A stretch of DNA of 56,812 bases, counting the filler, from Sphacelaria rigidula (lineage: Eukaryota), in assembly GCA_964200075.2 (NCBI GenBank). It is 6 parts of 6 records of this genome, joined end to end, with 100 filler letters (N's around TTAATTAATTAA, not from the genome) between each part and the next. Parts side by side here need not be neighbours in the genome. Positions count along the whole stretch, not along the records: positions 9,487 to 18,872 come from CAXNAA020008616.1; positions 18,973 to 28,357 come from CAXNAA020008617.1; 4 more parts are not named here. One strand, written 5' to 3'. Made by a program: the position numbers and the translations under genes. How positions within the stretch are numbered: position 1 is the first letter of the stretch; each line of letters starts with the position of its first letter. Below, piece by piece: positions 13,300 through 24,144 of the stretch. The notes under the pieces are model-generated. The model did no database searches, was not told the origin of the DNA, and was given only the letters and a program-made list of their open reading frames with translations.

Positions 13300-13720
13300 T
13301 CCCGCGAAAAAAAACGATCCGCTCTGGCACACAAAACAAACAAACCAACTGCGGACCCCACTGGGCAAGTTGCTCAGGTGGGCACCTGCGAACACCTCCG
13401 GTGATGGGTTGTACCTTGTGCTGCTGTGAGGCCGACTACTGTTACCAATCATCACTGATGGTACAGCAGCTTCATGCTGGGTTAATCTGTTTGCCTCACA
13501 CTGCAGTGCGTCCCGTGAGAAAAAAAACGATCCGTTCTGGCCTGCAGAAACACACAAACTGCGGACCCCCCTGGGCAAGTTTCTCCGGCGGGTACCTGCA
13601 AACACCTCTGGTGATGGGTTGTACCTTGTGCTGCTGCGAGGCCGACTGCTGTTACCATTCATCACTGATGGTACAGCAGCTTCATGCTGGGTTAAATCTG
13701 TTTGCCTCACACTCAAGTGC
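13300..13720. repeat. Tandem duplication, two ~210-bp units
   Basis: aaaaaaacgatccg...ggtgatgggttgtaccttgtgctgctg...ggtacagcagcttcatgctgggttaa(a)tctgtttgcctcacact occurs at ~13300-13511 and ~13512-13720. Confidence 0.92.
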
Positions 13721-14608
13721 CTGATGCGTCTTTGATGGGACGGTGGTAGACGACCATGACCGAATGGGTGTACCTGTAGCTGCACCCATGTGGTATTTTT
13801 ATTTTTACCTCGTTTCGGCAGAGCTTTGATGTCTCAAAGCTGCGAGCACGGCGTGCAATCACGATTGCTCACGCATCTTTCCAGCGCACCTCGTGCCGTG
13901 TTTGTCGTCGAGAGTTTTGATGTATTACAGCTTCATGGAGACTACCGCATGTGAAAGGTGAGATGAGGCAACTAATTGTTCCTTTGACTCGGGGTGCAAA
14001 TGCTTGCACGCCATGACGATTGAGGGGTTGTAACAAAGAGACATTTCGTAGAAAACAAAGTCCGCTCTGCTGGTCTGGCTGCTATCAACATTTCATCCTG
14101 GGAACCTCACGCTGCGTGCGTGCGTTTGTCTCTCCTGCTCTCTCGAATTGAATACCATGTCGCAGACGCAAAGATGTATCTGTGTTAGACACGCAATGAC
14201 CTCTACCGATCGGGGACACGTTTCACACCAGACTTCGCTGGCTACCTAATTACCGTGACACTTTCATTCCGATACGGTCAAACCTACGGTAGGAACCACG
14301 CAACACAGATTGGATCTTGCCTGTCTCAGTCCTAGTGCAGAAGTGAAGATGTGCGCAAGCACCTTGCTCAGCATGTGGGTCGATCCTTGGTGGATGATGC
14401 GTGTCGTTAGCAGTGGTTAGCAGATACGAAGTGCAATACAATAGTCGGGCGACGATTATCAGTTTTGCCTTCAGAATTGGTTTGCTTTCGTGTGCTTTTC
14501 TCTGTGGCCCGGTAGGGGACGGAGTTGCACGATATGTTTCCCACCAAGTCATCATTAGACTGAAGAAGGTGTAGCCATCATCCAATTGCTCTATAGTCTA
14601 CTATACAG

Positions 14609-17437
14609 GGTCATTATCCACCCTATAACACTACGTCCTCTCCGGCAAGGACGCGAAGACGAAAAAGATTGCAGATGTGAGACCTTTGGTCACTCTCGCG
14701 TACATCTGGAGTTGTCACGACAAAACGTGGCCGCTGACAAGTGTGGTGCAGGCCCGCCTCGAGAGCGAAGATTCTATTGGCAAGGTACGGCGGATCGAGT
14801 CGCGTAAGGTATGTGGAAGCAGATACTCCACGTGAGGATGAGAGTAGAGCGCTGAACAAGAGTGAGTATGAAGATTCCGTTTCTTTCAGCGAGTACATCG
14901 TCCCGCGTGTGCTCTCCTGCACCACCGAGACTGGCGTGTGTTCACAGCTGCACATTTGAAATCTTAGTCAGGGATACGAAGGGTGCTGGTGGCGACTTAT
15001 GACAGGGAAGTATATCTGGCGTTGTGGAGGGGCTTGTCGGGGTGAAAACGAAATACTCACTGATTGATTGCATCTCACTATCCAACGTGATCCACACTCG
15101 TATTATCACGAAGATGTTGCTAACCGCATTTTCCAATATGACCGTTCGGGGTCGGGCAAGATCTCACGGCTCCTGAAGTCACATGATATTGCGTAGTGCT
15201 TAACGTTGTCGTAACCAACAGAGTACTTGACGGCTGTTGAGGATTTACAACGCCATCATCGATAAGCAGCTTTTGTTTCCCCACCCCACACCCCTATGGA
15301 TTCAAACTTCGGCCGATTCATCCTGCGCCTGAAACTGCCCCCAAAACCTCGGCAGAGATCTCCTTCAACAGCAAACCTCGCCGCGTGGGGGGCCCTTTTT
15401 GGCCTCGACAAACAGTCGCAGTTCGAAGACAACCTCCGCCGAATCATTTGCAAGCAGGGAGTTGGGAGACAGGCCCTTATGTGGGCGCAACAGACGAAGC
15501 CAATCCAAATACTCCGCGGCCTAGGATGGAGTCTCCTGCAGGGGATTCAACGAGACGACACATTCGACCAAGAATTTGTGAAGGCGGAGGAGGCCCAGGC
15601 AGAGTTGGAATCGGGGACTGATGACATGCCTCACGTCGATGGCGGCAGACACGGTCGAGGGGAAACAATGAAGCGTCTAGGCGAGGACGAAAGCGCCCCG
15701 TACTCTTTTGCCCGTCAGCTTCGTGGAATGATCACCCATAAAATGGCGAAAGAAATAGATGGGAAGGTGGCCATGGCAAGGATGGAGGGGTTCATGCGAG
15801 GGCCCTTTAAGGGGCACCTGTGCAACATCAAGTCCAAACAGCTCCAAAAGAATCAAGGACGGGCAGAATCGAAGGACAGGCGCGCCAGCAACAAGTCAAA
15901 CTTCACCATGGGCATTAATGAACAGGCGCACATCGCTATTACGGCAGATCTGATCCAGTTCGACATGTTGACGATCGCCGAGTTTGTGAGTACAGGATAA
16001 CGTAGAGTGTGATATCGGTCGAGAGTCCTGCTACGACAGGCGCATAGGGGGTGTAAGATTCCACGAGGCAATTGGTTCATGTGTGCTTTCGCCGACATCA
16101 GACACTCGCAGTGCGCTGTTTTCGGGGTGCAACCGGTGTGTAGCAGTGTGAACGATCCATTTTTGTGTACAGCGATAGCATTCGAACAACCGTTGCAGCT
16201 TCCAGCGACTCGCGGAAGGGCTCATGAGATCCAGTCATAAGGTTGTATAGAGAAGAAGTCAAGAACCTGAAATCGTTCGGTAAAGTGTCCGCGCGAAGTG
16301 TTCGCGCGCTGCCCATGCTAGACTTATCTGGTATAGCAAGCCCTGCCGTCCGTGGATTGCTAACAAACAGAAGCCCGGATCCAGTCAATACAGCTCGTCC
16401 ATCCACTGCTGCCAAACGACAAATTGCCACCCCTGTACAGCTTATGCCACCATCGAATACAAAGGGAGAGGCGCCAACGAGCCTGGAATCGAGGATCAAC
16501 GGCGTGATATTCATAGTTATGGGAATACTGCACGCGGCTGCACACAGTCGACGTAGGAACACAAGTAAGAAGGCAGCCGCGGATTTTGACGCTGTTGCAC
16601 GGCATCTGAGGGACGGCCCCTTCGTGTCATCGTTACTGAGCGTCAACGCTGCTCATCGCGTCAACGACGAGCTGTTTCTATCAGATGAAGAACGAGATCG
16701 CGTCAGACGCGCACGCAAGGCCATGACCGCAGGAGCAGACGATGGCGCCATGCACACCACGACGAAGGAGGCCACCGGTCACAATACGACGACAACGGCA
16801 TCAGGTAAGCAGTAGCCTATCGATACCCCGTTGGTCGTTGATTCCCACACGTTGGTAGACACTGTCTTGCCTCTGCGGAACGGAAATACCTGGTGTAGGC
16901 ACGGTGCGAAGAGGAAATGGAGGCGTGAGACGAGGTCGAGTGCACGATAGGAGTGGGCCTAATCCCTCAACGTCCCATGCAGTGCAGCCCGCTATACACC
17001 GGCGCAGCGCAGACACCCGCCGACCAGCAATAAGTCGGATTGTCTAATGCTGAGTGCGTTCCAACATCACCCGCTGCTGCTTGTTCGCAAAACAGCAGGC
17101 CTTGTGACTTCGTCGCTGCAGAAACGACCGACACCCATCACTGCGATGTCCGCATCCTCCCTCTTGCTATCGTTTGTCATTAGAGCACCCTTTTATCTCC
17201 ATCTTCATGCCACTTACTACACACATCCTCCCGATGTGCATGAAACGCTACGCACTCGACGCAGACGCGGGCGTGGGATATACGCCGATTAAATTTTTCA
17301 CCGTACAAAGCGCTGACTCTGCGGTAAGGGAAGCAGTCGTCAGCCTTCGTCCGCAGGACGTTAATCGTCTGCGACAGCTAATCGGACATGCGGGAGGTTC
17401 ACTGCCCGTCAACATTCACCTGCCGGACGAGCGGTGA
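14609..17437 (+). pseudogene. Decayed multi-exon gene of unknown function, antisense to gag
   Basis: Protein-like blocks 14609-14808 (YVLSGKDAKTKKIADVRPLVTLAYIWSCHDKTWP..., then GTATGT donor), 15296-15986 (then GTGAGT), 16243-16805 (then GTAAGC) and 17184-17437 (after tttgtcattag). A few in-frame stops; no family recognised. Confidence 0.45.
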
Positions 17438-18610
17438 GACACAATGACTCGATGTGACATAGATAAATCCAACGTCAGTGGTAACTTTGCTAGTACTGGA
17501 GACACGAGGCTATGGTAGGTTGTGTATAAAGTATGCACACTGCGATACAGTCACACGTGCGATGAGGAAAAGGGTCACAACGCAAACTCCGCTCAAACGC
17601 AAGAGGTCATGGAACCCTGCACAGTGTTACTCAAGAAGCGAGTGGTGAAAGAACAGGCAAACAGGTAGGATTCACTGGGCGATCCCCCTCGCCGACCACA
17701 GACACAAACGGTTGGTTGATCATTGACGCCGAAACGAATAACAAAGTAACAGGCTTGATTGATTGCGAAAGAAACGAGTGGTCGAGGATGGATGAAGGGG
17801 CTGTCCCATCTTAGCGAAGCGTGTCCCCGTACGATCCGTAGGACAAATACTGTCAAACCATGCCATCCACATCAATGAACGCTTCATACACGAGAGTTGA
17901 GGAAGGTGTTTTCTGGTCTCAGAGTCCGACTGGAAGGATTGAATGGCAACATTTTAGAGTGAAAATGTTTTTCAGATTCAGAGCGTGTTTAGTCTTGGCT
18001 GCCACCTTGCATACTGCACCTCTGAAGGTCGAGGCTGGCATCCAATACAGACTATTCGGCTGAAGTGTTTTAGTTTTCATAGATAGCGAGTTAAACCTGT
18101 CTCTCCAACTTCACTGGCACTGCACGCGCTCGCGCCACACGCGACAATTCGGTCGCCCCTAGAACAATTCCACTATAATTTCGATGTCCATAACGTGGAG
18201 GATGTCATCCTATTCGCAGACGTGGGTACTAACGAGTCCTGTGGATGGCATATCATGCTACATTGACTTATTACGTCCGGCTCCCTTGAGAGTAACGCAA
18301 ACGATAGTGTTGTGGAGGACGTAACACCTATAACAACATATATATTCGTGACATGGAGAGTAGAGCGCGAATTGAGAGTGACCTTGATCATTCGCTTAAA
18401 CTTAGCCAATTTATCATTCCGTGTGTCCTGTTCTTTGCCTCTATCATTCCCGTGTGCTTCCAGCTACACGTCGATATCCTGATCAGTGATATCAAGCGCC
18501 TTAGTGGCAAGCTACTACAGAAAGAGTATCGGGCCTCGTGGAGGGACATGTCGGAACTGAAACGATGAATCCATTAATTGACCGCATTTCACTCTCAATC
18601 GTATCATCTA

Positions 18611-18625
18611 CTCTCAATCTCACCA
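18611..18625 (-). promoter_or_regulatory. Candidate tRNA primer-binding site (TGGTGAGATTGAGAG), 6 nt inside a putative LTR end (...AGAACA at 18632)
   Basis: TGG-start motif, 10/11 identical to the candidate PBS at 49472, in the same orientation as gag. Confidence 0.45.
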
Positions 18626-18972
18626 AAACATTGTTCTATCCATATTCCTCCGGAGGGATGCGCGGCCTTGGAGACTGAAATCAGGCCTGAAAAGGGTGCA
18701 ATCCAGGCGGCGGATATAAAAAAATGCACACGTGGAGACGTTTCATTCCTCTGAAGGCGTGCGCGTAAACCCTCTGCACGATCGCAAGAAGACAGGTCCT
18801 AACAGGATTGCCAGAAAAATGACAAGGTATTTTGAAATGAGAATCCACCGCTCCCCGGGATTGTGTCCATTTNNNNNNNNNNNNNNNNNNNNNNNNNNNN
18901 NNNNNNNNNNNNNNNNTTAATTAATTAANNNNNNNNNNNNNNNNNNNNNNNNNNNNNNNNNNNNNNNNNNNN

Positions 18973-19170
18973 TTGTTGCTTGCCTTAGTCGTTTGACCAT
19001 TGACCACGCATCCCTTTCGAGACGGAGCACCGTTCCTACTCCTAATAGAGACACCTTCAACATTCTGGCGCTCATTATTTTTTATGACGTTTCTTCCATA
19101 CATTACACAAGAACCTCTTACATATCTTATCCCCGTCCTGCTTCGCCGTCTCTGGCCACCATCTATTAAC
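18973..19170 (-). mobile_element. LINE 3'-end fragment
   Basis: Translates to ...NERQNVEGVSIRSRNGAPSRKGCVVNGQTTKASN, the family ORF2 terminus; its 5' junction lies at a G-run. Confidence 0.85.
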
Positions 19171-19614
19171 TGGGGGGGGGGGGGATTATGTTTTTTTTTG
19201 TAGACAGGAAACACAATATGACCCGCCTGCCGTGGAACGGTTCCAAAATCTTCTTCATAGAAGGAATGTGAGGAGTTAAATGTTATCCAGTTCACGGAAG
19301 GAACAGGTAGATCAGCCTGCTGCAGTGCAATGAAAGATGTATCGGTTGAAGCGGCCACCCTTCAGGCTGCACCCCACGAACTGGTGTACCGTCACCGTCT
19401 AAGGATTGACGAGGAAGGTAAACATTTCGAGGGCCGGGCAAGTCAATGATTCGTGTGGGGGGTACTTGGATAAAATGGAAACGAGCTTTGGAGCTGGACG
19501 CTTATACATGTGCAGACATGCATATGAACTTGAAGATTCTAGGTTCAAGATCGTCGAAGAGCTCATTATCATTATTTGCTCGTCGGATTGCTGACTACTC
19601 CACTCAAGCCGTTC

Positions 19615-19850
19615 ATCATGAGCAATCACTCGAGTGCTAGCCCTGTTGTTTTTTTCTACAACGAGCAATGACTCGAGTACTCGCCCTATTAATTTGTATC
19701 GCCAAGGAGCAGCCCAACGAGTGCGAGTGCCACGAGTCATACTCGTGCTCGTCCGGCGTGTGAAAAAACCATAGGGCGAGTACTCGAGCCATTGCCTGTG
19801 TTGGACAAAAAAATCATAGGTCTAGCGCTCTAGTCATTGTTCGTCGTGGG
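19615..19850. mobile_element. Foldback/MITE-like palindromic element built from ACTCGAG subrepeats
   Basis: acaacgagcaatgactcgagtactcgccctat (19658-19689) is inverted at atagggcgagtactcgagccattgc (19771-19795); a second, outer arm pair is also present. Confidence 0.7.
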
Positions 19851-22024
19851 AAAAGTCATGACTACGAGTCAGCGGTCTTGGTGAAGACAACTGAATAACT
19901 CGAGCACACGAATCGTGCTCGTGGTGTTTTCAAGAAACATCAACGAGTGCACTCGTTTCGACAAGTAATGACTCGTCCGACGTATGCAAGTTTTCGCCGA
20001 CAAAATGTATACACAGCATACGCAACTACTGCAGTGCATCCATCCTTGTGCTCAACTCCTGCTTTATGCTGCAGGGTTGCGACCGTAGCTAGCGATGAAT
20101 GGTGTGTACTAGTTTGCATGATCATGCGAACGGATGGTATGTGGCGCGGTGGTCTGTCAGTTAGGGGTCAAGCGCCTCTTTGTGCTTTTTCCTCGCATGT
20201 TTGTCAGACAAAGGCGAGCTTGATTGTTTTTCACCTCTTCTCCGCTGTTGAGACCACCAAGGCCGTGTCTTAGTATATCATTTTTCGATTGAAAACATGC
20301 GGCGGAAAGCAGAAACTGCGATGGAATAGGTCGCAATTTGAACTAGCGTCTAAATAAACTACGACAGCTGACTAACAGTGCCGGTATTGGAAGGATGAGC
20401 CTTCGTTTGTGACCACGGGTTCGAGAGATCGGACTAATGTGCGGAAACACTAATGTAATACAAGAAAAGCTGAAATCACGGCCTATAAAATGGGAGTCTT
20501 CCTTTCCCACCGTACATTTTCCATATAAAAATGATATGTGAAGGCACGCCGTAGTGATAAAACAATCGTTGATGCCAACTAGGAGGAGCAGAATGCTGTG
20601 AACATATGCGATGGCAATTGTTTTTTCCACCGCACTTTTTCGAGCGACAAAAACATATACGAAGATATGTAATCTATGGGAGAGTGTTGACGTCGAAATA
20701 TGATGTTTCACTGCTGGTACACACCATCCGCCTTTGCTTGCTTTGGCGCCCACCCGCGACGGGCAGGAATCACTAAACCAAACCCGATTGGCCCCTCTGT
20801 ACCTCTCCATGCATGAGGCTCGTTCCCCAGTTGAGACGAACGCCTATTCCGTGGCAACAGAAAAGGTGAACACCGGTCGCTTAGCGTTGTCCACTGACCG
20901 CGAAAGGAACAGGTACCAAAGGAACAGGTACGGTAGGTACTGATATATTGAAATACCGGGGTATCGTGGGTATCGTAGGCACGACACTTGAAAATACCCG
21001 ATTGGGTCGGTATCGGTAGGGTATGAGATGTCCGAAATACCATCACGGGGTACCTGCCTTACCCTCTATACCGATTTCAAAACTGCCACCCGGCAGTGCG
21101 GAGGAGCGTTTGAATTCCCTGTGCGAGTTCGGAAGTCAAATAATGGATGTGCCCAAGGTGGGCAGCGCAATCCCCACACGCACACAACGCACAACGCTAA
21201 CCTGCAGACCTCAAAGCACATAGTACCCGATCATAACCACCAGCTGGATTATTGCAACCAGCTGACAGGGTGAGATACCCAATCCATGGATCGATCATGA
21301 GTACCGCGTGGTGATTTTCGTGGTGATTTACGTGGGTGCAGAGACGAGAGCACTCTGAGGATAGAGCAGTACGAAGTGCAAATTTGAAATTCAATGGTCA
21401 GTTTTTCATCTCGAGGGGGTAGCGCTGTATTTTGTGGCACGAAGGAATTGCAGTAGTACGCAAGACCAGGGTTTGCCTCTCCATGTGGTTGTACTTTTTC
21501 ATGTAGAGCACCCGGCAATGGCGCAGTAATAACGGTATATATATGTATCTGTCTAAATATGTATGTGCGGTTATTTATTTGGTATTCTGGCACCTTGTTA
21601 TCTATTTTGTATGCCTCCTGCGATCCCTTACCTTTTTATATGCTTTTCCTTCTCATTTCATTCTCTCTGCTTGTTTGCACGTGGAATTATATCGAGTATG
21701 ATGATCATCTTCGACATAAATGATAAAACAATGTACAGCACCGTAACGAGGATAAAATATGTGCATCTATTTACCCAGATAATCACACTACATAATAACA
21801 AGTTCATTCGAATTGATCCAAACACAAAAATCAAGGGGAATCAGGGTATATATTACTCGTGAAAAGAAGACATACCTGCTCTGACAACTTCTGGCCTTTG
21901 CGTATTTTGGGACCCGCTGCAGCACCGTTGGGATCGCATCGCGTCTGGTGTTTACCGGGTATGTCCCCGGTATTTCCCGGGGTATCCCATACCGTGGTTT
22001 GTGTGGGTATCGTAGGAATGAATT

Positions 22025-22500
22025 TTAAAAATATTTGATTGAGCGGGTACGGTAGGTATTGAAATCTAGAAATACCGTGGTATCGTAGGTATCGTAAATA
22101 TGAGTTTTGAAGATACCTGATTGAGCGGGTAGGACAGGTGTTGAATTATCGCAATACCGTCGTATCACAGGCATCGTAGGTATGGCATTTGAAAATACCC
22201 GATTGAACGGGTACAGTGGGTGATGAAATCTCGAAATACGGTGGTATCGTAGGTATCGTTGGTATGATTTTCGAAAATACCCGATTGGGCGGGTACGATA
22301 GGTATTGAAACCTCGAAATGCCGTGGTATCGTGGGTATCGTACGTATGCCATTCGAAAAGCTCGATCGAGCGGGTACGGTAAGTCTTGGAACCTCGAAAT
22401 ACCGTGGTATCTTGGATGTCGTAGACATGATATTTGTAAATACACAATTGATCCCGTATCGGTAGGGTGTGAGATGTTCCAAATACCGGAACCGGGTACT
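22025..22500. repeat. 82-bp minisatellite, ~5.5 copies; an isolated related unit at ~20925-21045
   Basis: gattgRRcgggtac..ggtattgaaatctcgaaataccgtggtatcgtaggtatcgt recurs at ~22037, 22119, 22201, 22283, 22365. Confidence 0.9.
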
Positions 22501-24144
22501 GGTATCTACCAATAACCTAGGGTGCCTGTGCAGTCTGTAGTGTCACCACATTCATTAAAACTGGAGACCCGTTAGCTGCCCGTAAATAGAGCGTGACTGT
22601 AGGCACCGCACTTTTGTGTAGTGTATTGCGTGCTAATTTTTAATAGCAGCAGCTCGTCGACGTCGCACATCGCACACTCGCGAGTACCTGTGAAATGGAC
22701 CGCATGTCACACCTCCCTATCAGGGAGGCTTCAAGCGGTAGCGGCCTCTGTACTGTACAGTACAGTATATTTACACTGTACAGACAGTACAGTATATTTA
22801 CAGATAGTATGAAAAAAAACCAAACCTTACTCCTTACTGTATATATTTCTTATCATATACTATAATACAGTATATTCAGAGTGTGAGTATTGTGTACTGT
22901 ACACGCGGTCGGTTTGACGCGATAGCGCCCCCTTGTACAAAGCAAGTGCGGTACCTCCCAATAAGACCGCCGTCACGCAACCGTAGAGTGCTACATATTA
23001 CTTACTGCACTATGTGCCAAAACGGGTCTAACCTCCAAGCGTGAGTTAGTTTGATAGCGACGACACCTCGATAGGCAGGTCACACACGACCTCACCGTGC
23101 ACAGATACACCAGAGGCTTGTCCTCACATGATCGCGGCATTTCTTCGCAGACGTCAAACCCTATTTGGCCACCACGCCTCCCAGCACAGATAAACATGAG
23201 CCGCGGCCGCCTCTATGAGTGCGTCACCATTCACACTAGCGTCCAGCCCCGGGGTTGGCCCATTGCGTATGCGCCACCTCGCCCCGACAGTCGCTGCAGC
23301 CTCGTGAGCGAACTCTCGAGGACGGTGTGGTAAGTTTTCGCAAATCTCCAATAATTGGTCCGCAATAGCGGTCGCATCTCCGTCGATGTGGGCGTCAACC
23401 GCAATGCGCACTGGATACTCGTGGTGGGGGCTCGCGTGTTGCACCATTACGTTGTATACCGGATAGAGGTGTGCAGGTAGTACGAAGCCCAGGCGTCACT
23501 GAAGATACAGACACAGTGTGCCGAGCGTGCTCCAACACATACTTGTATAATTTGTCATCTGTGGTTGATATAGCTTGACCAAAATCGGTTTTGGGTGTTT
23601 GCAGCGAGATAGTCTTATAGGTCTTACGCTACCGGAACAAAGGTGCTCATCTTGACGACCGTGATTGATCAGAATGGTCATCCCGCGCCTCACGGGCGTC
23701 GTGCACAGCTAATAATTTTCCATGGGAAACTTCCAAACACGCGTTGTTGAGTGCGTGAGCTGCTCTGATGCTCTGCGGAGACCCCCCCCCCCCCCCCTAA
23801 AAAACCACCCCCCCCGAGCTCTGGAAACCCCGGGATGTCTCGAAACTGACGGCCTGTACAACTGTTCCGAGGCGATGCTCGCTGTCTGAGGGTTGAAGTC
23901 GATTGTGTTATCTGCCGGTCATCATTCAGAGGTTTTTAAACTTTAGCCGCTGAGCGTGCAAAGCAACACTTCCATTTGCTCGGAATTTTTGTCCGGAATT
24001 CACTTTCTCTAACATGCCTGGGCTACTTGCTTCTGCATCAAAATCATGTAGTAGTTTTCCGAAATTAAGCAAAACCAACATGACCCCCCCCCCGTACCCA
24101 TCACAGTCTTGGATCGGAAATGACCATACTGCACACATACACAG

